Below the pieces are notes generated by a model. That model searched no databases. It was not told the DNA's origin and saw only the letters and a list, made by a program, of their open reading frames with translations. A stretch of 64,000 nucleotides of DNA, taken from Candidatus Palauibacter denitrificans (lineage in GTDB: Bacteria; Gemmatimonadota; Gemmatimonadetes; Palauibacterales; Palauibacteraceae). Shown here in pieces: positions 16,937 to 27,371 of the stretch (positions are counted from its first letter, which is position 1; each line of letters begins with the position of its first letter). The stretch lies in assembly GCA_009841015.1 (NCBI GenBank), contig VXMQ01000109.1, positions 1,767 through 65,766 on the forward strand. The letters run 5' to 3'. Made by a program: the position numbers and the translations under genes.

Positions 16937-19900
16937 GTGGTCATGTCCGCTCCTTCCGCCCGCTTCATCGTCTCTCCAACCGCTGCCGTGCGCGTCGGCG
17001 CCGCGCGGAAATGGCTCGAAGAACAACCCTCCGGGGCGGGCGTGACGGTCATCGGCGAGACGCTGTCCGGGCCTCACGAACTGCTCTTGCGCGGGGCCCG
17101 GACGGCCGGGTCCGCGATGGGCTGGCGACGCACCACGCTTCCCCTCCTGGCCCGCGACGTCGCGCTCTCGCGGCTCGCTGCCGACGGAAGGGCAATCGGG
17201 GATGCCGTGGCCCGCGACGCCGTCGTGGCGCGCGCGATGGCGGGACTCGATCCGCAAAAGCTCGGCCGGCTGGCGGCGGTGTCGGACACGCCCGGCTTCG
17301 TCCGCGCCGTGGGAGGCGCCGTGGACGCCCTGCGCATGGCGGGTGCCGCGCCGTCCGGGGTCGCTCCAGTCGATGCGGACCTTGCCGTCCTCTACGAAGC
17401 GGTCGCCACCGAATGGAGGGCGGCGGGGCTGGCGGATCGAGCCGGCGTGTTCAGGGCCGCGCGGTCGGCCCTTCGAGATCCGGACGCCCGGCAGGGCATC
17501 GTGGACGACCGGTTACTGATTCTGGACGCCCGGATCTGGACGGAACTGGAGGGACGGTTCGTCGCGGCCCTCATCGAGCGCGGTGGCGACCTGCTCGCGA
17601 CCGTGCCCGAGGGGGATGACCGCACGCTGCAGGCGCTCGAAGAAGCGGGAGCATGTCCCTGCGCGCCGCCGCGGACAGATGGGCCCCCCGTGGGGGCGAT
17701 CCGGTGCCTTCACGCGCACCTCTTCGGCGCGGCGCCGTCCGAATCCGCCGCGGACGATGCCGTGACCGTGTTCTCCGCTCCCGGAGAGGGCCGGGAGGCC
17801 GTGGAGATCGCGCGGCGGCTCACTTCCCTCGCCGATGCCGGAACGCCCTTCGACCGGTGCGCGATCCTCCTCCGGCAGCCCGAAGACTATCGGCCGTACG
17901 TGGAGGAAGCGCTCAATCGCGCGGGAATCCGCCCCTGGTTCGCGCGCGGTGTCCGGCGTCCGGATCCGGCAGGCCGGGCCTTTCTGGCCCTTCTGCGCTG
18001 CCGGGCCGAAGACTGCTCGGCGCTTCGCTTTTCGGAGTACGTCTCGATCGGCGAGGTGCCGGACGACCGGGAGGACCCGGAACGGGTGCCGCGACGCTGG
18101 GAGCGGCTGCTCGTCGACGCGGCCGTCGTCGGCGGTCTGGATCGCTGGGAGCGGCGGCTCGAAGGTCTTGCCGCGGAACTCGAGTTCAAGCGCGCCGCGC
18201 TTGAGGCGGAGGACACCGAACACCCGCGCCTCGCGTGGATCGACGGGATGCGCGCAAATCTCGCCTCCCTCCGGGAGTATGCGCTGCCGTTGCTGTCGGA
18301 GCTGTCCGAGCTGCCGGCGGAGGCCCGCTGGGAGAGATGGCTGGCCGCGCTGGTCCCACTCGCCACCCGCGCGCTTCGGCGGCCCGGGAACGTGCTCGCC
18401 GCACTGTCCGACCTCGCGCCGATGGGGCCTCTGGGCCCGGTCACGCTGGACGAGGTCCTGCGCGTTCTCACGCCCCGGCTGCTGGAGGTCTCCGAGCCTC
18501 CTCCCGGGAACCGCTACGGTTGCGTGTTCGTCGGGCCCATCGATGCGGCGCGGGGGCTCGCCTTCGATGTCGTGTTCGTCCCCGGCATGGCCGAGCGCGT
18601 GTTCCCTCCCAAGATCGGGGAAGACCCGATCCTGCTCGACGAGGTGCGCCAGCGGCTGGCGCCCGGCCGTCTCCCGACGAACGACGACCGTGTGCAGCGG
18701 GAGCGGCTCGCCTTCAGGCTCGCCGTCGGGGCGGCGCGGAAGCAGGTCATCCTCTCCTACCCGCGCATCGACGCCCTGAAGACCCGGCCCCGGGTGCCCT
18801 CCTTCTACGCGCTCGAGGCGATTCAGGCGGCGGAGGGCCGACTGCCCGGCTTCGAGGAACTTGCACAGCGGGCGGAGGAAGTCTCCGACGCGCGGATCGG
18901 GTGGCCGGCGCCGAAATCCCGCGCACAGGCGATCGACGAGGCCGAGTACGACCTCGCGGTGCTCGACGAACTCGACAGGCACGAACTCCGCGGAGAACTC
19001 GCGGTGAAGGCGGCGGGTCATCTCCTCCACTCGAACCCCCATCTGGCGCGTGCCCTTCGCTTCCGCGCCTACCGCTGGGAGGTGCCGCGCTGGACGTGGG
19101 CGGACGGACTCGTCCAGCTCTCCGCGCGGGCGGCGGGAGCGCTGGCCGAGCGGTCGCCCGACGGGCAGCCGTACTCGGCGACCGCGCTGCAGCACTTCGC
19201 GGCGTGTCCGTACCGCTTCTATCTCCACGCGATCCAGGGCCTGCGCCCGCGCGAGGCACCGGTGGGGATCGAGGCGCTCGACCCACTGCAGCGCGGTTCG
19301 CTCGTGCACCAGGTCCAGTTCGAGCTCCTGACCCGGCTCCAGGCCGAGAGCACCGAAGATCGGCCCCTCCTTCCGGTAGGACCGGAGAACGGCGCCCCTG
19401 TATCCGAACTCCTCGAGGAGGTGCTCGAGAAAGTGGCGGCGGACTTCCGCGACCGGCTCGTGCCGGCGATCGACCGGGTCTGGGACGACGGCATCGAAGC
19501 GATCCGGCAGGATCTGCGGGAGTGGCTGCAGCACGAGAGCGACAGCAGGTCGCCGTTCGAGCCGTGGCGCTTCGAGCTCTCCTTCGGGCTACCCCGCGAT
19601 CCCAACCGTGACGCGCACTCGGTGGGGGAGCCCGTCGACCTGTCCAACGGACTGAAGCTCCGCGGCGCCATCGACCTGATCGAGCGGACCCCGGCCGGCG
19701 TCCTTCGGGTCACGGACCACAAGACCGGCCGGTACCGGGCAAAGGCGGGAGCGACGATCCAGGGAGGCGAAATCCTGCAGCCGGTCCTCTACGCGCTCGC
19801 CGCGCAGAAGCTGTTCCCGGGACAGCGGGTGGAGTCGGGCCGGCTCTACTACTGCACGGCGGATGGCGAGTTCCGGGACCATGTCGTGCCGCTGGACGAC

Positions 19901-20095
19901 AGGGCGCTCGAAGCGGCGGGGGTCCTGAGCGAGATCGTGAGCGGGGCCTTCGAGGCCGGGAGTTTCCCGGCGCTTCCTCGGGAGGACGCCTGCCGCTGGT
20001 GCGACTACCGGCAGGTCTGCGGCCCCGACGAGGAACTCCGTACCCGGCGCAAGCCTCCGCCCGTCGATCTGCGGCGCCTGCGGGAGTACCCGTGA
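16937..20095 (+). CDS. addB: AddB-like double-strand-break repair protein (inactive-helicase N-terminus plus C-terminal PD-(D/E)XK nuclease with Fe-S cysteines)
   Basis: 1052 aa with no Walker A. The C-terminal nuclease region has LQHFAACPYRF ... RVTDHKTGRYR ... CRWCDYRQVC, the four-Cys Fe-S signature of AddB/RecB-type nuclease domains. Its stop overlaps the addA start. Confidence 0.8.
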   Translation: MVMSAPSARFIVSPTAAVRVGAARKWLEEQPSGAGVTVIGETLSGPHELLLRGARTAGSAMGWRRTTLPLLARDVALSRLAADGRAIGDAVARDAVVARAMAGLDPQKLGRLAAVSDTPGFVRAVGGAVDALRMAGAAPSGVAPVDADLAVLYEAVATEWRAAGLADRAGVFRAARSALRDPDARQGIVDDRLLILDARIWTELEGRFVAALIERGGDLLATVPEGDDRTLQALEEAGACPCAPPRTDGPPVGAIRCLHAHLFGAAPSESAADDAVTVFSAPGEGREAVEIARRLTSLADAGTPFDRCAILLRQPEDYRPYVEEALNRAGIRPWFARGVRRPDPAGRAFLALLRCRAEDCSALRFSEYVSIGEVPDDREDPERVPRRWERLLVDAAVVGGLDRWERRLEGLAAELEFKRAALEAEDTEHPRLAWIDGMRANLASLREYALPLLSELSELPAEARWERWLAALVPLATRALRRPGNVLAALSDLAPMGPLGPVTLDEVLRVLTPRLLEVSEPPPGNRYGCVFVGPIDAARGLAFDVVFVPGMAERVFPPKIGEDPILLDEVRQRLAPGRLPTNDDRVQRERLAFRLAVGAARKQVILSYPRIDALKTRPRVPSFYALEAIQAAEGRLPGFEELAQRAEEVSDARIGWPAPKSRAQAIDEAEYDLAVLDELDRHELRGELAVKAAGHLLHSNPHLARALRFRAYRWEVPRWTWADGLVQLSARAAGALAERSPDGQPYSATALQHFAACPYRFYLHAIQGLRPREAPVGIEALDPLQRGSLVHQVQFELLTRLQAESTEDRPLLPVGPENGAPVSELLEEVLEKVAADFRDRLVPAIDRVWDDGIEAIRQDLREWLQHESDSRSPFEPWRFELSFGLPRDPNRDAHSVGEPVDLSNGLKLRGAIDLIERTPAGVLRVTDHKTGRYRAKAGATIQGGEILQPVLYALAAQKLFPGQRVESGRLYYCTADGEFRDHVVPLDDRALEAAGVLSEIVSGAFEAGSFPALPREDACRWCDYRQVCGPDEELRTRRKPPPVDLRRLREYP

Positions 20096-23000
20096 CCCGC
20101 CCCGACGGACTCGCCGACCAGGCGGCCCGCGACGCGATCCGGAACGATCTCGACGACACGCTCTTCGTCGAGGCGGCGGCGGGGACCGGGAAGACGACGG
20201 CGCTCACGGGCCGGATCGTCGAGGTGCTGAGGCAAGGTCCGGACACGCTGGAGGACATTGTCGCCGTCACCTTCACCGAGAAGGCGGCCGGCGAAATGAA
20301 GCTCCGGCTGCGGGCGGCGATCGAGGCAGCCCGGCTGGATGAGGAGGACGAGGGAGCCCGCAGGCGCCTCGCGGGCGCGCTCGGCCACCTGGAACTCGCT
20401 CACATCGGCACGATCCACGGTTTCTGCGCCGACCTGCTGCGCGAGCGGCCGATCGAAGCCGGAGTCGATCCGGCGTTCCGGGTCGTTGCGGACGACGAAG
20501 CCGGCCGTCTCCTCGATGGCGCCTTCGAGGGCTGGTTCGAGGGCGCGCTGGCAGACCCCGGTCCCGGCGTGAGGAGGGCGTTGCGCCGCCACTATCCACG
20601 GAACTCGGGCGGTCCGCGCGCGGCCCTGCGGGCGGCGGTCGGCAGTCTCGTGGAGCAGCGCGACTTCGACGCGCCGTGGTCCAGCCCCGAGTGGGACCGA
20701 GAAGCCGAACTCGACCGCGCGTTCGATCTCCTGCGGGAACTCGCCGCCTTCGCCCCGCTGGCCTCCCGCCCGGACGACTTTCTCACGCAGAACCTGCGGC
20801 ACGTCGAACGCGGCGTGCGTGAGATCGAACGGCGGGAGAAGACGCGCGGACGCGACTACGACTATCTGGAAGCCTGGTTGCGGTCTTTCGTGCGCGCGCG
20901 CTGGCGCGGCTGGTTCTGGCGCGGGTTCCGCTCGCGGGATTTTGGCGCCGGCCTCGCGAAGGCGGATGTCGTCGCACGCCGCGACGAGGTCCGGGCGCAG
21001 GTCGAGGAGGTCCTGCAGACGGCCGACGCGGATCTGGCGGCCCATCTCCGGGACGAACTCTGGCCCGTGACGGAGCGGTACGAGAGGGCCAAGCGGCGCG
21101 ACGGCTGCCTCGACTTCGTGGACCTCCTGCTGCGGGCGCGGGATCTCCTGCGCGACGATGCGGAGATCCGGACGCACTACCGGCAACGCTTCACGCGATT
21201 CTTCGTCGACGAGTTCCAGGACACCGATCCGCTGCAGGTCGAGATCCTCCTCCTCCTGTGCGGCGAGGACCCCCGGGAGATGCGGCCGGAGCGCATCGTG
21301 CCCGCGAAGGGCAAGCTCTTCATCGTCGGCGATCCGAAGCAGTCGATCTATCGCTTCCGCCGGGCGGACGTGATGCTCTACGAGAGAACCAGGCGCCGCC
21401 TTGAGGCCGCGGACGCCCGGGTCCTGCACTTGTCCACGAGCTTCCGATCGCAGCCGCGCCTGCAGGCCGCGGTGAACGGGGCGTTCGCGACGCGCATGGA
21501 GGCGAACGAGGACGGGAGCCAGGCGGCGTATGTGCCGCTCTCGCCTTTCCGCGCGGACACGGGAGGCCAGCCGGCCCTCATCGCCCTGCCGGTCCCGGCA
21601 CCTTACGGACGCTTCGGCAAGGTCCGGGGAATCGACATCGAGGAGTCCCTCCCCGTCGCGGTGGGGGAGATGGTGCGCTGGCTGATCCGCGAGTCCGGTT
21701 GGGTCGTGACGGAACGGGAGAGTCCGGAGGATCCGGTTCCGGTCCAGGCCCGCCACATCTGCCTCCTTTTCCGTCGGTTCCAGAAGTGGGGAGAGGATGT
21801 GACGCGCCCCTACGTGCGTGCGCTCGAGGCCCGCGCCGTTCCGCATGTGCTGGTCGGAGGCCGCTCGTACCACGATCGCGAGGAGGTGCTTGCCGTCCGG
21901 AATGCGCTTACGGCCATCGAGTGGCCGGACGACCGGCTGGCGGTTTACGCCGCTCTCAGGGGTCCGCTCTTCTCGCTCGGCGATCGCGCGCTGTTCGAGT
22001 TCGGCGTGGACGTGGGTCCGCTGCATCCGCTCGCCGGATGGACCCCGGACGGCGGGAACGGCGGAAACGGCCAAGCGGAGGGCGGAGCGGCGCTGAAGTC
22101 CGAACTCCGGGACGTGGCGACGGTGCTCGGGCTCCTCGGCGACCTGCATCGGCATCGGAATCGGCGCCCGATCCCGGAGACGGTTCGGCGGCTGCTCTCG
22201 GCCGCCCGCGCCCACGCCGGCATCGCGATCTGGCCGACGGGCGAGCAGGCGCTGGCAAACGTCCTCCGGCTCGTCGACCGGGCGCGCGCGTTCGAGCGCC
22301 GCGGCAGCCCTTCCTTCCGGGCGTTTCTCGACCGCCTCGATGAGGAAGCCGAGCGCGGACAGTCCGAGGAGGCGCCGATCGTGGAGGAAGGGACCGAGGG
22401 CGTGCGGATGATGACCGTACACAAGGCCAAGGGTCTCGAGTTTCCGGTCGTCATCCTGGCGGACATGACGTGCCCCGCGGCCCACGACCCGCCGTCGCGC
22501 TACGTGGACCCGGCGCGGCGCCTCTGGGCCCAGCGCCTCTGCCGCGCGACCCCGCGCGACATCGTGGACAACGCCGAAGTTGAGCGGCGCCGGGAGATGG
22601 CCGAGGCGGACCGGCTCGCGTACGTGGCGGCCACGCGGGCGCGCGACCTGCTCGTCGTGCCGGCCCTTGGCGACGGTCGGGATGGCCGCGGGGGATTCTC
22701 CGGGGAAGACGGCGAATGGTGGCTCGAGTCACTGAATCCGGCGGTGTATCCGCCACGCGGCGCACGGCGCCGGCCGTCCTCCGCCGAGGGTCTGGGAGCC
22801 CCGGCTTTCCGCGATGAGTCCGTCCTCGATCGTCCAGATGGGAAGGGCGGTCAGCGCCCCACGCCTGGCGACTCGGTCGCGCCGGGGCTGCATACCGCCG
22901 AAGCGGGAACGGACGTTGTGTGGTGGGATCCCGCCGCGCTCGATCTCGACGCGGATCCGCGCGCGGGCGATCGCCAGCGCCGGTTGCTCGAGGTGGAGAG

Positions 23001-23730
23001 TGAGGAACAACCCACTCTGGATGTCGAGGCGGGGCGCGGCGCGCACCGGGAGTGGCAGGCGTCTCGCGCGGCGAGGTTGAAGGCCGGGGGACGCAGGACG
23101 ATGTCGGTCACGACGGCCGGGGCGGTCGCGCGCCGTGCCGCCGAGGCGATCGAGGCCGGCGACGCGCCCGGTTCCGACACCCGTGTCGCGTGGATCGACG
23201 TGCCACGGCCGGAAACTGACGGGCAGGATGGGGCGGGGCGTCCTGGCGGCGGGCGATTCGGGGATCTCCTCCACCGCATACTCGCCGCGGCTCCGCTTGA
23301 CGCGGATTCCGGCGAGGTCGAAGCGCTGGCCGACACGCTGGGTCGCACGCTGGGGAGTCCCGAAGCCGAAATTGTGGCGGCGTCGGCTCTCGCGGCGCGC
23401 GCGCTGGAACACGAAGTGCTCGATCGGGCGCGGGCCGCGCTCGCCTCCGGTCCCGGCGCGGTCCAGCGAGAGGTTCCGGTCTTTGACGTGGACGAGAACG
23501 CGGAGCCGGATCGGGATCGGGAGCGGGGCACGGCCATCGTGGAAGGGGTCGCGGATCTCGCCTTCCGCGAGGTCACCGGATCCGGCCCCCGGTGGACGGT
23601 CGTCGACTACAAGACGGACCGCCGCTCCGCCGCGTCGCGTACCGAATACGAGGCGCAGGTCGCCTGCTACGTCGAAGCCATCGAGCGGGCCACCGGAGAA
23701 CCGACCCAGGGGATCGTGCTGGCGCTCTAG
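20092..23730 (+). CDS. addA: AddA-like UvrD-family ATP-dependent helicase with C-terminal RecB-type nuclease
   Basis: The GTG at 20092 overlaps the addB stop (GTGA). Walker A AAAGTGKTTAL, UvrD motifs (VTFTEKAAGEMKLR, FVDEFQDTDPLQ, MMTVHKAKGLEFPVV), and the C-terminal PD-(D/E)XK motif RWTVVDYKTDRR. Confidence 0.85.
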   Translation: MTRPDGLADQAARDAIRNDLDDTLFVEAAAGTGKTTALTGRIVEVLRQGPDTLEDIVAVTFTEKAAGEMKLRLRAAIEAARLDEEDEGARRRLAGALGHLELAHIGTIHGFCADLLRERPIEAGVDPAFRVVADDEAGRLLDGAFEGWFEGALADPGPGVRRALRRHYPRNSGGPRAALRAAVGSLVEQRDFDAPWSSPEWDREAELDRAFDLLRELAAFAPLASRPDDFLTQNLRHVERGVREIERREKTRGRDYDYLEAWLRSFVRARWRGWFWRGFRSRDFGAGLAKADVVARRDEVRAQVEEVLQTADADLAAHLRDELWPVTERYERAKRRDGCLDFVDLLLRARDLLRDDAEIRTHYRQRFTRFFVDEFQDTDPLQVEILLLLCGEDPREMRPERIVPAKGKLFIVGDPKQSIYRFRRADVMLYERTRRRLEAADARVLHLSTSFRSQPRLQAAVNGAFATRMEANEDGSQAAYVPLSPFRADTGGQPALIALPVPAPYGRFGKVRGIDIEESLPVAVGEMVRWLIRESGWVVTERESPEDPVPVQARHICLLFRRFQKWGEDVTRPYVRALEARAVPHVLVGGRSYHDREEVLAVRNALTAIEWPDDRLAVYAALRGPLFSLGDRALFEFGVDVGPLHPLAGWTPDGGNGGNGQAEGGAALKSELRDVATVLGLLGDLHRHRNRRPIPETVRRLLSAARAHAGIAIWPTGEQALANVLRLVDRARAFERRGSPSFRAFLDRLDEEAERGQSEEAPIVEEGTEGVRMMTVHKAKGLEFPVVILADMTCPAAHDPPSRYVDPARRLWAQRLCRATPRDIVDNAEVERRREMAEADRLAYVAATRARDLLVVPALGDGRDGRGGFSGEDGEWWLESLNPAVYPPRGARRRPSSAEGLGAPAFRDESVLDRPDGKGGQRPTPGDSVAPGLHTAEAGTDVVWWDPAALDLDADPRAGDRQRRLLEVESEEQPTLDVEAGRGAHREWQASRAARLKAGGRRTMSVTTAGAVARRAAEAIEAGDAPGSDTRVAWIDVPRPETDGQDGAGRPGGGRFGDLLHRILAAAPLDADSGEVEALADTLGRTLGSPEAEIVAASALAARALEHEVLDRARAALASGPGAVQREVPVFDVDENAEPDRDRERGTAIVEGVADLAFREVTGSGPRWTVVDYKTDRRSAASRTEYEAQVACYVEAIERATGEPTQGIVLAL

Positions 23731-24311
23731 CCGTACTTCCGGCGGTGGAGTTCGGCCGCCCGTTCGGACCACTCCTCGAGCCGGATCCGCGCGCCGAGCC
23801 CCCTGCCGAGGGCCTCGAGGTCTTCGGAGGTCCACCGGGCCAGATCGAGGTACGTCCGGTAGCCCATTTCGTTCAGACGCGCCTCGAAGGTGGGGCCGAT
23901 CCCCTTGATGCGCGTCAGGTCGTCGCTCTCGCGCGCCGCCCTGGCGCCCACCCCTTCCGTGGCCAGGGGACGCGCATTGCGCCTGCGACCCGCCCGCGTC
24001 CGCGGGAGGCCGGCGCGACGAACCGGGGCCACCAGCCCACCCACCTCGGGGTCCAGCTTCGAGAGACGGGTGTAGAGGCTGTCCCGCTCGGCCTCGACCT
24101 TCCGTCGTGCCGCCTCGGACTCGAGCCGCGCCCGCTCCAGCACCCGCCGTGCGTCCTCTTCGATGGCGGACAGGCGGTTGTCGAATCGACGCTTGAGCGT
24201 CAGCTCCCTTCCGGAAATCTGGCGGCCTCGGATCCACCAGCCGACGACAAAACCTGCCAGGGCGGCCAGCATCAGCCCCAGAACGACGATCGGGGTCAGG
24301 ACATCCATCAT
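23727..24311 (-). CDS. Membrane-anchored protein with C-terminal helix-hairpin-helix-like domain (DUF4332-like)
   Basis: 194 aa. N-terminal TM helix (VLTPIVVLGLMLAALAGFVVGWW), a coiled-coil segment, and a C-terminal LTRIKGIGPTFEARLNEMGYRTYLDLARW HhH-like motif. It converges on addA with a CTAG stop overlap. Confidence 0.5.
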   Translation of the reverse strand: MMDVLTPIVVLGLMLAALAGFVVGWWIRGRQISGRELTLKRRFDNRLSAIEEDARRVLERARLESEAARRKVEAERDSLYTRLSKLDPEVGGLVAPVRRAGLPRTRAGRRRNARPLATEGVGARAARESDDLTRIKGIGPTFEARLNEMGYRTYLDLARWTSEDLEALGRGLGARIRLEEWSERAAELHRRKYG

Positions 24312-24490
24312 CTTCGATCGGACTCCAGGTTCCGGCGTGTTCCCGCCGCGAGGTGACGCGAGGGGGAATCCAATGTAGGGTGACGGAGGACACCGCCCAA
24401 CCCCGACACGACCGGAAGCGGGACCCGAAGCTGCCGGTCCGGAAGGAGCATCCGATCGAAGCCCCGCTGACAGAACGGTTCGACCGGATC

Positions 24491-25504
24491 ATGGCCTCCC
24501 GGGACATTCCCGCAGGTGCCGGATGCGTCCTCGGGTCGTCCCGCGAAGGGCGGCCGATCCGGGGCTACCGCTTCGGACGGGGGCCCGAGGCCGTGAGTCT
24601 GCTCGGCGGCTGCCACGCCGACGAACCGGTGGGTCCGCGCCTCCTGCGTCGGCTCGCCGGCTACCTGGCGGGACTCGACGCGGACGATCCGATGCTCACC
24701 CGCCATCAGTGGTGGATCATCCCGCACCTCAATCCGGACGGCGAGCGCCGCAACGCCCCGTGGCAGGATCCCGATACGGACGCGTACGATCTCGGGCGAT
24801 ATCTGGCGGGCAAGGTACGGGAGCTGCCCGGCGACGACATCGAATTCGGCTTTCCGCGCGACGACGCAGATCCCGGAGCGCGGCCGGAAAACCGCGCGGC
24901 CTACGATTGGTGGCGCACCTGCGATCGACCGTTCGCACTCCACGCCTCTCTGCACGGCATGGGGTTCGCTGCGGGTCCCTTCTTCCTCATCGATGGCACC
25001 TGGGAAACACGGTGCGAAGCCCTGAAGGCCTCCTGCCGTCACCGCGCACGGGGACTCGGTTACGTGCTACACGATGCGGAGCGTCACGGGGAGAAAGGCT
25101 TTTTCCGCTTCGAGCGGGGGTTCGCCTCGCGGCCCGACTCGAAACGCATGGCCGCGCACTTTGAAGCCCTGGGCGACTCCGTGACGGCGTCTCGCTTCCG
25201 GCCGAGTTCGATGGAAGCGGTGCGCGCCTTCGGCCACGACACGCTCACGCTCGTCTCGGAGATGCCGCTCTTCATCCTGCCTGGTGTGGGAGACAGGCCG
25301 GGCCCGCCGGATCCGGTCGCCGAACGCTGGAAGAGACGTCTCGACGGCTGGAGAAACGAGCTGTCTGCGGGGGCCGAGCCGGGCGCCACCTCCGCCGAAG
25401 CGACGAAAGAGGGGGTCGTCCCCATGCCGGTGCGCGATCAGATGATGCTGCAATGGACGTTCATCGCTGCGGGGTTGCGTCAAACGCGCGCTCCGGCGGC
25501 CTGA
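24491..25504 (+). CDS. Succinylglutamate desuccinylase/aspartoacylase (AstE/AspA) family zinc hydrolase
   Basis: GGCHADEPVG (the HxxE zinc motif of the AstE/AspA / M14-like fold) and WWIIPHLNPDG. The start is uncertain: the ATG at 24491 leaves a 180-nt divergent intergenic region, whereas the upstream in-frame ATG at 24353 would give 383 aa. Confidence 0.65.
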   Translation: MASRDIPAGAGCVLGSSREGRPIRGYRFGRGPEAVSLLGGCHADEPVGPRLLRRLAGYLAGLDADDPMLTRHQWWIIPHLNPDGERRNAPWQDPDTDAYDLGRYLAGKVRELPGDDIEFGFPRDDADPGARPENRAAYDWWRTCDRPFALHASLHGMGFAAGPFFLIDGTWETRCEALKASCRHRARGLGYVLHDAERHGEKGFFRFERGFASRPDSKRMAAHFEALGDSVTASRFRPSSMEAVRAFGHDTLTLVSEMPLFILPGVGDRPGPPDPVAERWKRRLDGWRNELSAGAEPGATSAEATKEGVVPMPVRDQMMLQWTFIAAGLRQTRAPAA

Positions 25505-25529
25505 CGCCACGGTCAGCCGCGCGTCCGGC

Positions 25530-27371
25530 TTGCCGGGGCCCCGGCCGACGGACAACGTAACCGGCGTGAACAGGCGATTCCTCCTCGCGATCCTCGCGGC
25601 GGCCGGCTGCAGCGATCTGGCATCGCAGCCCGAGCGCGTTCCGGGTGCGCTCGAGCTTCTCCCCGCCGACGCCAGTGTCCTCGAAGGCGAGGCCATCCGG
25701 TATCGGGTGCGGGTACTGGACGAGAGCGGTGCGGCCTTCGGCAGGATCCCGGCCTGGGCGCCTCCGCGCTGGTCCGCGGTCGATCCGTCCGTCGCCGCCG
25801 TCGCCGCGGACGGGGAGGTCATCGGCCTCGAGGGTGGCCGCGAGACGCGGGTGGTCGCGGAGGTGGCGAGCCTGCAGGCCGGAGCCCGGGTGAGGGTGAA
25901 CCCCACCAACGTGAAGATCGAAGCGTCCGCCGTGCATCTGACGCAGGCGGTCCAGACGCTGGGAGGGGATATCCCTCTCATCGCCGGTCGTCCCGCGCTC
26001 CTTCGCGTGTTCGTCACCGGAGACAGAACCAGCTTCTTCCGTCCGCGTCCGGAGGCGACATTCCATCGCGATGGCGTGCCGATCCACGCGATGCGCCTGG
26101 ACCCCGCCGCGGATCGGATTCCGCTGGCGGCCGAGGAAGGCAGGCTGGACCGATCGTTCAACGGAGTCGTCCCGGGCCGGATCCTCCAACCGGGCGTCGA
26201 ACTCGTGGTGGAACTGGATCCCGACGGCGTCGTGCCGGCGGATCCGGGAAGCGACCGGCGTGTGCCCGCCGAAGGACGCCTGAAACTGGATGTAACGACC
26301 GTTCCCCCCATGGGTCTGACGGTTGTGCCGGTGTTGCACTCCGCGGATACACGGGCGGCGTTGACCTGGGTCGAGGGGATGACGGCGACAGACACCAAGA
26401 TCGCGTTCGTGCGGTCGATACTCCCGATCGGCGAATTGGAACTGACGGTGCGCGAGCCGTATCGCACTACCGCCGACCTCACGACGGCGGAGGGCTGGCT
26501 GGCGCTCCTGCGCGAGATCAGCGTGCTCCGGCTCACGGAGCGGCGGCGAGACTACTACTACGCCGCTCTCGCGGCACCTCCCGACGCCCCCTTCAGGGGC
26601 TTGGGCTACATCGGAAGGCCGGTCGGCGTGGGAATACTCGATCTCGATACGTTCGCCCACGAACTGGGGCACAACATGGGGCTCCGACATGCGCCGTGCG
26701 GCACGGCCCTGAACCCCGATCCGGACTTCCCACACGAGGACGGCTCCATCGGCGTCTTCGGGTTCGAGACCCGGGCGGGGAACACGCGAATGGTCGATCC
26801 GGCCGAGTATCGGGACGTGATGACGTACTGCGACCCGAGTTGGATCAGCGACTATCACTTCGTCAAGGCCCTGGAGTTCCGGCGGAGCCGCGAATCGCTG
26901 ATCCTGCGGAACACCGCTCCCGAGCCGACGCTGCTCCTCTGGGGGAACGCCGGTGCCTCGGATCTTCTGCTGGAGCCCGCCTTCGTCATCGACGCGTCCC
27001 CGAAGCCGCCGACCGGGGAAGGTCCGTATCGCCTGGAAGGGTTCGACGCGGCGGGGCGGTCCCTGTTCTCCTTCTCCTTCACGCCGGACGAACTGGAACA
27101 CGGCGGTGGACAGTTCGTCTTCGCGATTCCCTGGGAGGGCCGCTGGGACGGTCCCGATGGACTGAGTCGAATCGAACTGTCCGGTCCGGGCGGTGCCGTT
27201 GCGATCGAGGGTTCCGGGGGGCGCGCGACGGCCCTGGTCCTGGACCCGGGCACGCGCCGGCTGCGGGGCATCCTGCGCAACGCGGGGAACGCGCCTCCGT
27301 GGACGGAGGGACTGGATCTTGTGGTCAGCGACGGAGTCCCGCGCGCGGGAATCTCCGGGCTGCGGCAGTGA
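25530..27371 (+). CDS. Lipoprotein with Ig-like (Big_2-type) domain and C-terminal metzincin zinc-metalloprotease domain
   Basis: 613 aa with lipobox LAAAGCS. DTFAHELGHNMGLRHAPCG is an HExxHxxGxxH metzincin signature, followed by a conserved MTYCDPSWISDYHF segment shared with 39454..42726. Confidence 0.8.
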   Translation: MPGPRPTDNVTGVNRRFLLAILAAAGCSDLASQPERVPGALELLPADASVLEGEAIRYRVRVLDESGAAFGRIPAWAPPRWSAVDPSVAAVAADGEVIGLEGGRETRVVAEVASLQAGARVRVNPTNVKIEASAVHLTQAVQTLGGDIPLIAGRPALLRVFVTGDRTSFFRPRPEATFHRDGVPIHAMRLDPAADRIPLAAEEGRLDRSFNGVVPGRILQPGVELVVELDPDGVVPADPGSDRRVPAEGRLKLDVTTVPPMGLTVVPVLHSADTRAALTWVEGMTATDTKIAFVRSILPIGELELTVREPYRTTADLTTAEGWLALLREISVLRLTERRRDYYYAALAAPPDAPFRGLGYIGRPVGVGILDLDTFAHELGHNMGLRHAPCGTALNPDPDFPHEDGSIGVFGFETRAGNTRMVDPAEYRDVMTYCDPSWISDYHFVKALEFRRSRESLILRNTAPEPTLLLWGNAGASDLLLEPAFVIDASPKPPTGEGPYRLEGFDAAGRSLFSFSFTPDELEHGGGQFVFAIPWEGRWDGPDGLSRIELSGPGGAVAIEGSGGRATALVLDPGTRRLRGILRNAGNAPPWTEGLDLVVSDGVPRAGISGLRQ

